From contig OX597830.1 of assembly GCA_951406725.2 (NCBI GenBank), positions 43,338,001 to 43,402,000 of the forward strand: DNA of 64,000 nt. Direction: 5' to 3'. The DNA is from Octopus vulgaris (lineage: Eukaryota). The translations under genes were made by a program, and so were the position numbers. Below the pieces are notes generated by a model, which saw nothing but the letters and a program-made list of their open reading frames with translations, was not told the origin of the DNA and made no database searches. This document shows positions 1-10,759 of this stretch, one piece after another (position 1 is the first letter of the stretch; every line of letters begins with the position of its first letter).

Positions 1-3000
1 TTGCACAAACCTTGCTGGCCATCGAACTGTTCTTCCTGATTTGGTGTGTCGGGGTTGTGCAGAATCTGTGGTGTTCGCTGGAGTTGCCGAGTCTGTTTGA
101 GGAAAAGAGGGGACTGAATGTAAGTCCTCCTCGATGAAAGCCTTTTTTAAACGATCAATCGAGACCGTATTTCGTTTACCTCCAATATCGAGGACGAAAT
201 ACTTGGGTTCTCTTTTGATGACCTTGTAGGGCCCGGAATATGGTGGTCGAAGTTGAGAGGGTATCCCATCATTCCTCACGAAGACATGAGTCCATGTGTT
301 GATATCTTTTGGGACACGTGAAACGACGTTCTGTTGTCTGGGGCCTGAGGGTGATACTTACGACATGGATGTTCGTAATCGGTGCACATATTGTTGTGGG
401 TCAGGGAAGTTTTGTGAAACAGGTTCGATCATCTGCCCAGGTAAGGTGAGTGTTGTGCCATAAACGAGTTCGGCCGGAGTATATCCCAGTTCTTCCTTAA
501 TCGTGGATCGAATTCCAAGGAGGATGAGAGGGAGATGTTCCAACCAGTGAGAACTGTCTGGAGCTGCTTTTATAGATGCCTTGAGTTGGCGGTGAAAGCG
601 TTCCACCATGCCATTTGCTGCAGGGTGGTAAGCTGTAGTGCGGGTGTGTTTACACCCGAGGAGACGAGTCAGCTCGGTGAAAAGGTGGGAATCGAACTGA
701 CGTCCTCTGTCGGTGGTAATTGTTGCGGGTGTGCCAAAACGCGAAACCCATTGTGATATCAGTGTTTTAGCGACCGTTTCTGCTGATATATCAGATAGGG
801 GCCAGGCTTCGGGCCATCGCGAGAACCTATCTACGCAAGTTAGCAAATATGAATAGTTCTGCGAAGGTGGCAGGGGTCCAACGATATCAATGTGAACGTG
901 CTGAAATCGTGCATCGGGCTGCGAAAATGAACCGATTGGTGATTTTATGTGCCGGTGGATTTTCGCTTTTTGGCACGCAACACAGCACTTGGTCCATTCT
1001 CTGATATCCTTGTTGATACTGGTCCACACAAAACGGGTCGATATTAGCTTTTGAGTGGAGCGAATACCAGGATGTGACAGAGAATGTAGAGCGGAGAAAA
1101 CTTCTCGACGATATTTCTGTGGTACATAAGGGCGTTGGTAACCAGTGGAAATATCACACCAAATATGGGCTGTGGATGATGGTAGTGGAACATGCTGAAA
1201 TTTCAGAGATGACGAATTCCGGAGCTTTAGAAGTTCTTCGTCATTCTCCTGGTCAGCTGCTATACGTGCCAGATCAATTGTAGACGTGGTGTGGATAGCA
1301 TTGATCTGCGCACGTGAAAGTGCATCGGCTGCCACGTTGGTCGTCCCTTTGATGTGGCGTATATCCGTCGTGTACTGCGATATGAAGTCGAGGTGGCGTA
1401 TTTCTCTTGGCGAATGGCGATCCGGTTTGGTGTTAAATGCGTATACTAATGGCTTGTGGTCGGTATATATGGCAAAATTGGTACCTTCTAGCATATGACG
1501 GAAATGCTTAACGGCCAGGTATGCCGCCAATAATTCCCGACTGAATGTGCTGTATTTGGTTTCCGCGGGTTTTAACCGCTTAGAAAAGAAAGACAACGGT
1601 TGCCATATACCGTCAACAAGCTGTTGTAGCACACCTCCGATTCCGGAATCGGATGCATCAACGAGTAAACATCGTGGGGCGTCTGGTTTTGGATAAACCA
1701 ACATGGTAGCGCTAGATAACGCTTTTTTCAGGGCAGCGAAAGAAACGAGTTGATCTTCGGTCAGAGCTATAACTGCATTTTTGCCGGTTCGCTGACGTAG
1801 CAAATCCGTGAGCGGTTGCGCTATTTCAGCGAGGTGGGGCACGAACCGTCGATAGAAATTCGCTAGACCGAGATATTCCCTTAATTTGCGGAGAGATGTG
1901 GGTGGTGGAAAATCCACGATGGCCTTGACTTTCTCGGGAAGGGGACGAATTCCATTTTTATCGACTATATGGCCGAGAAAATGAAGGGAAGCAACTCCGA
2001 ACAAACATTTAGTAGGGTTGATAACAATTCCGAATTTACGTAAACGTTCGAATAGCAGGTGAAGGTGTTGATTATGCTCTTCGTCCGAGTTACTGGCCAC
2101 GAGTATGTCGTCTATGTAGGCATAGACGAAAGGCAAACCTCTAGTCACCATGTCGATAAACCTTTGGAATGTCTGTGCCGCGTTTCGTAAACCGAAAGGC
2201 ATACGCAGGAATTCAAACATTCCGAAAGGTGTAGTCACTGCTGTCTTTGAGATGTCTGCAGGTTCGACTGGGATTTGGTTGTATGCTCGCACCAGGTCGA
2301 TTTTTGAAAAGATGCGAGCTCCATGCAGCGAGCTTGAAAAGTCCTGAAGAAAAGGCACCGGATAGGCATCACTGATAGTGCTTTTATTCAGTGATCGATA
2401 ATCGCCGCAAACCCGCCAATCGGTCGATGATTTTTTTGGGGACGCAGTGTATCGGCGAGGACCAGTTGCTGCTGGAAACGCGGATGATTCCGAGGTCGAG
2501 CATGTGCTGGAATTCCCGCTTGACGGCCTGGAGACGATCAGGTGGTAACCTTCTGGGCCTTGCAGCAACAGGTGGACCGCTGGTTTTGATGTGGTGGGTA
2601 ACGTCGTGCTTTATCGGCTGGTTATGAAAAACTGGCCGGGCGACATCTGGATAATCATTCAGGATGGAACTGTGACGAGTCGTTGTCGTAAGCATTACAG
2701 TTGGGCTGACTGTGTCCATTCGAGCGGCTATACCGCGCACAGTAAGCTTGGTGGTGGTGTCGACAAGTCGTCTGTTCTTTATGTCTACCAGGAGACCGAA
2801 ATGATGCAGGAAATCGGCTCCTAAGATAGGGGTCGGCAGTTTAGCGACGACGAATACCCACTGAAATGTGCGGCGTAGTCCTATGTTTAATGTTAGGGAC
2901 TGTTCACCGTAGGTTGGAATGGGTGAATGGTTGACTGCTTGAAGACAGACTGATGTCTCTTTTCTTTTTCCAGAAGTGTTGGAGACTGGTATGATGCTGA

Positions 3001-3124
3001 CTTCCGCACCTGTGTCAACCAGGAAACGCGTGCCTGTTACACGATCGCAAACGAAAAACAGGCGACTGTGTGGGTGCGAACCAGGAACTTCCGTCGCGTT
3101 CAATTCCTGGCTGTGCCGTTTCCC
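1..3124 (-). pseudogene. pol: Gypsy pol polyprotein (protease, RT, RNase H, integrase with GPY/F module), with one frameshift and one premature stop
   Basis: Motifs FLVDTGAEVS (protease), [20 protein letters not shown] (RT), [11 protein letters not shown] (RNase H), H-x3-H...C-x2-C, DIVGP/TDRG/GMVERFH (integrase). Extra A in the A7 run at 2431-2437 splits ORF 2384-3199 from ORF 358-2568. TAA at 358-360 is followed in frame by ...LRPPYSGPYKV...VSIDRLK...TKSGRTVRWPARFVQ to base 1. Confidence 0.93.
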
Positions 3125-3975
3125 GAACTGGGTGAGGAAAACGAGCACGGTACCGTACATTTTTGTGCCCGTGTTCCGAATGTTCGGTGGTACCAACACG
3201 TGTCATGTGAGCTCCGGGTAGCACTAGGGCTTCGGGACCGTCTGCCATCTCGTCGAGATCGGCTGGTGCTTCGACGCTGGGGACTAAACTTTAGGGCTTG
3301 TATTTGGGCTGTGAGAATTTGTATTTGCGCAGCTTGCTGCGTCATTAATGCACGCAAATCCGAAATCTCTGAAGAACTGGTTTGTGCACGGAAAGGATTG
3401 GTACTGGGAGCGGCTGGCGTCACCGTCGATACCGTTGGATATCTGTGCGGTACTTCGGCTATTTTGTCAGCTAGCTCCGCCAGTTCTTCAAGGGATGTGT
3501 TTTCTCTGGTGGACGCGAGAACAACCTGGGTATTGGAGGGCAGACGCTGGAGAAAAAGTTGCTTGAAGATTTTTTCTGGGAGCGTCTCATCTCCGAGAAG
3601 CTGTTTCATTCTCCGAAGAAGCTGGGACGGCGTTTTGTCACCCAATTCTTCCGATATCAGAAGCTGGTGAAGTCTTTTTTGTTGGGATTCTGAGGTTCTG
3701 TTTATTAACGTGGTTTTAAAAACTTCATATGAAACAGAACCGGGTGGTGCCATGATAAGGTCGCGTATCACGTTCGTTATTTCTGGTGACAGAGAACTGA
3801 TAACGTGAGAAAGTCGAGCCGCATCGCTCGATATTCTGTGAGAGGCAAACTGTGCCTCTATATGGTGAAACCACAATGTCGGGTCGTGGGTCCAGAATGG
3901 TGGAATTTTTAACGAGATCGCCGCTTGGAATGCCATGTCGATATTGGCCGCTGGGTTTTGTTCCGGGAGATTCAT
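3100..3975 (-). CDS. gag: Gypsy gag protein
   Basis: Open 291-aa ORF with LKIPPFWTHDPTLWFHHIEAQF, LGDKTPSQLLRRM and C-terminal CWYHRTFGTRAQKCTVPC, typical of invertebrate Gypsy gag. Confidence 0.9.
   Translation of the reverse strand: MNLPEQNPAANIDMAFQAAISLKIPPFWTHDPTLWFHHIEAQFASHRISSDAARLSHVISSLSPEITNVIRDLIMAPPGSVSYEVFKTTLINRTSESQQKRLHQLLISEELGDKTPSQLLRRMKQLLGDETLPEKIFKQLFLQRLPSNTQVVLASTRENTSLEELAELADKIAEVPHRYPTVSTVTPAAPSTNPFRAQTSSSEISDLRALMTQQAAQIQILTAQIQALKFSPQRRSTSRSRRDGRRSRSPSATRSSHDTCWYHRTFGTRAQKCTVPCSFSSPSSGNGTARN
3118..3124 (-). other. -1 programmed ribosomal frameshift heptamer G GGA AAC (gag to pol)
   Basis: X XXY YYZ in gag phase (TCG GGA AAC); the pol frame is -1 (TTC GGG AAA CGG). 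Confidence 0.8.
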
Positions 3976-4080
3976 TGTTTTCGTCGGAATTTTCTGTTGC
4001 TTCGTTGCTGGTGATGTGCAAACTGTAATTCTTCGACGCGGTTGATGAAGCTGGTTCCGGGGAAGGCGCGATTCGTTTTA

Positions 4081-4091
4081 CGGGGTCACCA
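4081..4091 (-). other. Primer-binding site complementary to the tRNA-Trp 3' end
   Basis: Minus strand reads CACTACA-TT-TGGTGACCCCG; tRNA-Trp ends ...CGGGGUCACCA. Confidence 0.85.
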
Positions 4092-4093
4092 AA

Positions 4094-4600
4094 TGTAGTG
4101 GATGCGTGGATGTATTAATAAATACATAAGTGCTTTGTAATAAATTAAAGATTTATTATCACTACATCAATTTGTAAGCAATGTTACACATCGCTTGTAC
4201 AAAATGCATATTAAATAGTGGTTGCAAATAATACATATTAAAGGAATGCATAATACAGGATACACATTAAAGCAGAATATGTTTGATGGTGTGTGTGTGT
4301 GCGTGTGTGTAAATAATGCATGACAGAGTCACCTTTCTGAATATTCTTTCGTCGTTCTCATAAATGCGTGGCGTTCTCTTAAACGTTGATTCGGGTTCTC
4401 TCTAGATACCTATTTCTCCGTTCTATTTATAACATCTCAAATAGCCAGAAAAATAGATATACCGCAAGAGAGTTATCATTAAAGTAGGTCGCTGGTCGTC
4501 CTGTTAAACTTCGCCTGACCTGCTCGGGTCAGAGGTCGAAGGGAGACGATCCATCATTTTTTGTCAGAACAAAGAGATTCTGATTTCGCGCCTTTTTGTG
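4094..4600 (-). repeat. Putative 5' LTR of the Gypsy element (outer boundary uncertain)
   Basis: Ends in CA two bases before the PBS; minus-strand TATAAATAG at ~4423-4431 and AATAAA at ~4152-4157. The partner LTR is outside the window. Confidence 0.5.
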
Positions 4601-4759
4601 CATTGGTATTTTACGACCAATGATTCTTGGGTCTGATTTCGAATCCAAGCTTTGAGAAGGAAGTGCTAATTCTTACATACGTATGTACGTATGTACGTAC
4701 GTACGTACGTATGTTCGTACGTACGTACGTACGTATGTATGTATGTATGTATGTATTTA

Positions 4760-4800
<41 letters not shown>

Positions 4801-5717
4801 ATATACATGCGCATATGTGTATGCACATCCAAGCATATATTCATCTATACATATGCATGCGCACAGTGGAGTCACTAGAATTTAGGTAAGTATGCCAGTT
4901 GTACATAACCTCTAAACCTAAGAGGTAACGTCATGTACCCTTTGGCCAATAAGTCAGTCTGTTTCTGTGTTATATAAATATGTCTGTTCATGAACCGTTA
5001 ATGTAAACAAGGCATGTCAACCGCTAAAGCTGGACAACGAAGATGTCAGGTTTCGTGTGTGATGGGAGGTGGTTACAGCAGACTTGATCTAGCAATGAAA
5101 ATACATATTCACGAGTAAGTTGGCGGTTTGGAACAAAGCCATAGATTACACTGGGCAACAAAAAATGATTTAATGTCTGCTAGCCAGACAAATGGTGCTG
5201 TTCTAAACTAAATCGAGTACACTGATTCCGAATCTGAACTCAGAATTGCTATCGCACGTCAGGATTTTGAGTTATATATTAATAGTGTATTAGAATCAGG
5301 AATAGTTATGTTCAAGGTAAATAATTATTATAATAGTTAGTATATTAGTACTGTATAGAGTAAATTTATGTTCAAGGCAAATAGTATTATAATATAATGG
5401 TACATAGTATATTTATGTTAAGGGAATACTCAGTTTATTTTTTATATGCTCAGCTCAGAAATGTTTGAGACACTTGCCCTTGCGCTTATGCGTCGTGCTG
5501 GTCTCCCGTTGTACGAACCAGTAGTCACCCATCGTGTGTGGATTGTGTTCCGTTCGTAATCATAAGCCAGTAAACTATGAGATAGGGATTATCTGCTTAG
5601 GAGTATCTAAATTAATAGGAAGAGACTAACAAAAAATGGCCAGGAAACGATCCGATCGAAATGAATTGTAGAACAAAGAGGCAGAACGCATAGAACGAGG
5701 CATTTTGGAAATATCTC

Positions 5718-6160
5718 GCTGGAACTGGCAGAATCTTAAGAGTCGGACGAAAGACTTATCTGCATTTCTTCTGGCTCTTTAAGTTCTGAGTTCAAATTCC
5801 GCCGAGGTCGACTTTGCTTTTATCCTTTTAGGGTGGATGAAATAAGTACCAGTCATTCTCTGCGGTCAATGTGATCGACTGGCCCCTTTTCCTCAAAGTT
5901 TCTGGCCTTGTGCTTATAGTTGAAGAAATTATCGTTAGGTGGCGATCTGGCAGAATTTTTAGAGCGTCGGAAAAACAAATACTTTGCAGTGTATCTACTG
6001 ATTCATTACGTCCTGCGTTCAAATTCCACTGGGGTCGTCTTTGTCTTTTATTCTTTTAGGGTCGGCGAAATAAGTATCAGTTGATTACTAGGGTCAAAGT
6101 AACCGACTAACCTCCTCCCTTCAAATTTTCAGGCCTCGTACCTCAAGAAGAAACGGATTA
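5718..6160 (+). mobile_element. Two tandem, diverged copies of tRNA-derived SINE family A
   Basis: GCTGGCAGAATC (A-box-like), GAGTTCAAATTCC (B box), GTCGACTTTGCCTTTCATCC core. Confidence 0.8.
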
Positions 6161-7094
6161 TTATATTAGATCTAACAACCGCTACCTGCTTTCATACAGA
6201 GTTTCTCTCTATGGCAACAGGTATATAATCCCTTCCAACCCTCGTTGAACTCACCTGTCCATTTGCTACACCTGTTCATTTATTTCTACACGTAAAAATT
6301 CTGAATCACTATGAAGAAAGCATAATAAATCCGATCTTAATTAAACAATCAACAATCCTTCTTGTATTTAATACATATTTCATCTCTACTTTGTTATCTT
6401 GGACACGAATGTTTCTTTTGTGACATGTCCGATGAACCATGTGACTATCACGTGATTCTTCCATGTTACTTTCATTAGAGGAAGCTAAGAAAGCGTTAGA
6501 CGGATCTTTCAGATGTAAAACAATCTTGATTTATGTCCTATCATTGTCGGATTCAGAAACAGTTTGCTCTGCTTTCATACATCAAATCTTTCAGCTGGAT
6601 GAGATTGTGTTTCTGTGTCGAACGGAAAAAACAAACTTTTTTTCCAAGATGGTAATTTAATTTTCTTATGTCAGGTTCTTCTATATTTCATTGGCTACGA
6701 AGATCGGGATGGCTAAGATGAGGCGAAAAACAACTGCAAAAACAACAACAACAACAACAACACTAACAGCAACAGCAACACCAACAATACTAGCGTTGTG
6801 CACTTTGCACTCTGAAGGTCAAAACTGCAATTGTTAATTATGCCCCGGACTCTGTATGAGGTTTGCTAAGGCGAAGCTCGCTCGCTTTTCTAAACAACTG
6901 GCACATCCGATATCAATCAATAAATCTGACAGGACGGAAACCAAATTCTGCAGGAAAATAAAATTATGAAGTAAATGTTTGATGAAGAATTAACCGATCT
7001 ACAGGCAAACATGCATAAACACAATACATACATACGCATGCATGCACGCGCACATTCACACATACATATACACACACGCACACACCCACACATA

Positions 7095-7345
7095 CAGTGG
7101 GGTGCAAAAGTGGGTGTACAGTTATGAAAAAATGAAAATACATGCAATATTCATTTATTTTTATCAGAAAAATTAAAAAATTAGCCTAATTTTTGATATT
7201 TTCAATGTCATTAATCATAATAATACACTTATCATAATTATAATGATACTTTTATTGTAACTTTTAATTTTTTTTTGATAAAAATAAATGAGTATTGTAC
7301 GTGCTTTCTTTTCTCATAACTGTATACCTACTTTTGCACTCCTTC
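7095..7345. mobile_element. Tc1-type MITE
   Basis: TA|CAGTGGGGTGCAAAAGTGGGTGTACAGTTATGA is inverted against TCATAACTGTATACCTACTTTTGCACTCC; AT-rich non-coding interior. Confidence 0.65.
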
Positions 7346-7402
7346 CTTCTATATACATATATATGATCTACATTTGTATATGTATATGCATACACTTACA
7401 CA

Positions 7403-7478
<76 letters not shown>

Positions 7479-7639
7479 AGTAATTGAATGAATTATCTTA
7501 TTAAGGATAATTCGAAAGATAACCGATACCTGGGTAGCAAATTCACATCAGAAAGAACACGGTTGAAGGATATTTGTTAACTAGTCGTTCAACTCCATTC
7601 TTTCATATACTTATATATATAAATATATATACATATATG

Positions 7640-7841
7640 ACAGATCGTTAGCTCCGACACGCATTTTTTTTCTCTCATTGTTTCTCTCCTTGTTTTTTTC
7701 TGTGTATCTTTCTGTCGAAGAGCGTAGGCTCGAAACGTAAAAGACTTTTCCTATTTCTATTCCTGAGCGCTATACTAATACATTTGTTTGTTTGTACTCT
7801 ACCTGCCTTAGTCTTTTGATTATTTTCGTAAACTTTCCCGT

Positions 7842-7845
<4 letters not shown>
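7640..7845 (+). mobile_element. Short element with hammerhead-like motif (family H1) between (TA)n tracts
   Basis: TCTTT-CTGTCGA-A-GAGC-GTAG-GCTC-GAAA-CG-TA-AAAGA. Homologous copies at 30935-31125 (+), 33665-33855 (-) and 59312-59450 (+). Confidence 0.65.
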
Positions 7846-7873
<28 letters not shown>

Positions 7874-7885
7874 TTTATATGAGCA

Positions 7886-8195
7886 CGAAGCTTTAAGGAT
7901 GCAGTGAGCATCAACCTAATTAGAAATGAGAACTAGAGTCAATTCAACCGCCAGAAGGCAACAAAATCATAGAAAATAACAGGATACGAGGAAACGGACA
8001 AGGAATTTAAAAAGATCATGATGTTCAGATGCTCATATGACCATCTGGTACATGAGCATCTGAACAGCATCATCTTTAAAGGTATGTTTTTAATTCTTTG
8101 TCCGTTTCCTCGCGGTGCGTTATGGTGGTCGAATTGAGACTTTAGCTCTCATTTCTAAACAGATGGATGCTCACTGCATCCTTAAGGCATCGTAG
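7886..8195. repeat. Degenerate fold-back (inverted repeat)
   Basis: TAAGGATGCAGTGAGCATC / GATGCTCACTGCATCCTTA, CGAGGAAACGGACAA / TTGTCCGTTTCCTCG and TGTTCAGATGCTCAT / ATGAGCATCTGAACA nest symmetrically around ~8045. Confidence 0.8.
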
Positions 8196-8357
8196 TAATT
8201 TTATGTTTTATATTTTATAAAGCTTATAATGCTATTAAACCTGTGAACCGCCCATGTTACTGCTGTTAATATTATCAATTAAAAATATTTGCCATAGATG
8301 GTATTAACAATAGTAACATCTTAGTTCGAATTTAAACATTCGATTGTGTTATGCTTA

Positions 8358-8391
<34 letters not shown>

Positions 8392-8394
8392 TTC

Positions 8395-8598
8395 AAAATG
8401 TGACCTTGTGTGTACCGTTGGCGATTTTTTTCCTCTGTCTTCCCTTCTCTGGATCTTTCCTTCTCCTATGTTTCCAACGAAGAGCTCCGCTCGAAACGTT
8501 AAACCCTCCTTCTTTCCTTCTTTCCTGAGCGTCCAATAATACTATATTTGTTCCACGTCCTCGCGTGTTTGTGTTTTTTTGTGTTTTCGTGTTTGGAT

Positions 8599-8605
<7 letters not shown>
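8395..8605 (+). mobile_element. Short element with hammerhead-like motif (family H2) between (TA)n tracts
   Basis: GTTT-CCAACGA-A-GAGC-TCC-GCTC-GAAA-CG-TT-AAAC; the homologous copy at 39260-39470 (-) has CCGACGA. Confidence 0.6.
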
Positions 8606-8663
<58 letters not shown>

Positions 8664-8866
8664 CTAGGTTGAGGAAAAGTTCGTGCGCCGTGTAAAATTA
8701 ATGAACTGAATGAACACACACACACCACGAAGAAATATAAAAAAAGCATTATTTCAACACGGTGCACGAATTTATTTCTGAACTTAATGTATTACATGTT
8801 AAATAAAATGAGACAACAAAGCCAAAGTAGTGAGAAATTTTTAGGACATTTATACAGAGAAAGGTA

Positions 8867-8914
8867 GCCTTACAGCAGTTTTTGAGATATTAGGAATATC
8901 CCTTCATCAGAGAC
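8867..8914 (-). ncRNA. Type I hammerhead ribozyme motif, probably inactive (GAAA reads AAAA)
   Basis: GTCT-CTGATGA-A-GGGATATT-CCT-AATATCTC-AAAAA-CTGCTG-TA-AGGC. Confidence 0.65.
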
Positions 8915-9252
8915 GATATGAGAGAGTTAGAGGGAAATAGTAAAGTTTAATATAAGGAGTTATTTTGGAAAAGGATAGATATAGGAAGTATAAACGGAAA
9001 TAAGAGAATAACAATAAGAATATGCTTAGGGTGTTACAGTTGCAGTTCCATCATCCAAGGAAATTGCTGTGTAGAATGGGTAGAAAGGCTTCTTGTCCAT
9101 GGTATCTAGATTCCGATAGGATTTCATATTTTGTTATTACAAATGGATAATGTGGAGACATTAATTCCATATAAAAATATGTGTATGTGTGTGTATGTGT
9201 AAGTGATATATATATAATATACATATATATAAAGAAATATATATGTATATAA

Positions 9253-9651
9253 TCTTTATATATAAAAGTGAGGTTGTGTGCTGTCTGTCTCCTACGATTT
9301 AGATTCCTAACTACTTCCACATTTTGCGGTGCAGTTTAACCAAAACCGGGAATCTTATAGTCGTGATTCATATCGAGCCCTTCTGGGTATTAGCGCGCGT
9401 CTACGATGAGACTACGATTTTAAAAAAACATTACCATCAATTTTTCCCATTTTTAATGCATTTTTGGCATATATAAGGGAAGTAACTCTCTAAAAATTAT
9501 TAGTAAATCTCAGAACGTAAAAAGCTACAGTAACCCCCCCCCCCCCTTTGTGGTTAGCCATATTGAGATGGCTATTATACTTTACATCTCTAAAAATGCT
9601 TATATAGTTATTTCCCTTACAAACCCGAGCAACGCCGGGCGATACTGCTAG
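9253..9651 (+). mobile_element. Non-autonomous Helitron
   Basis: A|TC 5' end, subterminal hairpin CCCGAGCAACGCCGGG, 3' CTAG|T, no TSD; second copy at 39966-40264. Confidence 0.85.
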
Positions 9652-9683
9652 TTACATATATATATATGCATATATACATATAT

Positions 9684-9799
9684 ATCACGTGATCACGTGA
9701 CCGACCAGACCATCAGATGTTGTTACACATCGCTGGTCACAATGCGTTCGCATTGTTTTAGCCTTTGAATGACGCCACCCCGCTGGCTAAGCGAGCAGG

Positions 9800-9802
<3 letters not shown>
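9684..9802 (-). repeat. ~120-bp structured dispersed repeat embedded in (TA)n
   Basis: Close copy at 31178-31298 and a diverged, opposite-orientation copy at ~60063-60165. Confidence 0.7.
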
Positions 9803-9864
<62 letters not shown>

Positions 9865-10369
9865 ATATATATATACATTATATTATATTATATTATATTA
9901 TATTATATTATATTATATTATATTATATAGTGTGTGTGTGTATGTATGCAGACGCACAAATCACAAACCATGCTTATGAATAAATCTGCACAAATGAACA
10001 TTTTCAGAGAAAATGCCCAAATATTATCAATAATATAAAAGATAGTTTGCTGTTATTTCAAGCATGTCGTGTAATGGACCCTGTAGATGTACAGGGCATG
10101 CAAAATGTCTCTCCGCAGTGAAGTTTTTCATCCTCTGAGGTCTAATGTATTCTTTTGTAGTCTTATACCATTTTATAAATATTTATTTTGCAATAAAACA
10201 CTTACTGCGGATAAACTTTTGAACATCCTTTAGCTACGTTGATTGATATTATTGTGAGGAATATTGTCCAAACGAATCCGAAGACTTAGCCTCCAAGATA
10301 GAGCTAATAAGAATTGTTTCTAATTTAGCCCCAAGGCCTGATAAAGATTCTTCTCGAATCAAAGGGGCA

Positions 10370-10575
10370 GGTTTCCCAATTAACGTGCTGCATATATTCC
10401 CGATTGGACGCCTGTCCGACGCAAGGTGACTCATTTTTGTCTGCTGAGTGTACTGGAGCAACGTGAAATGAAGTGTGTTGTTCAAGAACCCAACGCATTA
10501 CCTGGGCCGGGAACCGAAACCGCAGTCGTACGATCATGAGTCCAACACCCTAACCACTAAGCAACGCGCCTCGGC
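10370..10575 (-). mobile_element. tRNA-derived CORE-type SINE (family C)
   Basis: Minus: GGCGCGTTGCTTAGTGGTTAGGG...GGTTTCGGTTCCC...CTTGAACAACACACTTCATTTCACGTTGCTCCAGT; homologous to 23345-23605 (+) and 57700-58420 (-). Confidence 0.75.
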
Positions 10576-10759
10576 ATTTGGATATGGTGTGGGCTGATTA
10601 GGTTGGTCGATTAAAACGACACTCCGTATTTCAATTGTACTTTATTTCACCGACCTTCGAGCACATCAACAGCAAAACTGAACTTAGCAGAATTTGAACT
10701 CGCGATCTGTGACATTCATCTTCTGCGGTCGATTAAAACAAGAACCGGATTTGATGGTC

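Larger units (their letters stand above)
1..4600 (-). mobile_element. Ty3/Gypsy LTR retrotransposon (5' LTR, PBS, gag, pol); 3' end runs off the window
   Basis: Domain order PR-RT-RH-IN on minus strand; gag ORF; tRNA-Trp PBS next to an LTR end ...CACTACA. The right boundary is approximate. Confidence 0.95.

Noticed and set aside
2431-2441. Second programmed frameshift at CCCCAAAAAAA
   Set aside because: The required shift is +1 inside a conserved RT motif; a homopolymer indel is the simpler explanation.
535-3670. Plus-strand ORFs over the Gypsy element
   Set aside because: Antisense shadows of gag/pol.
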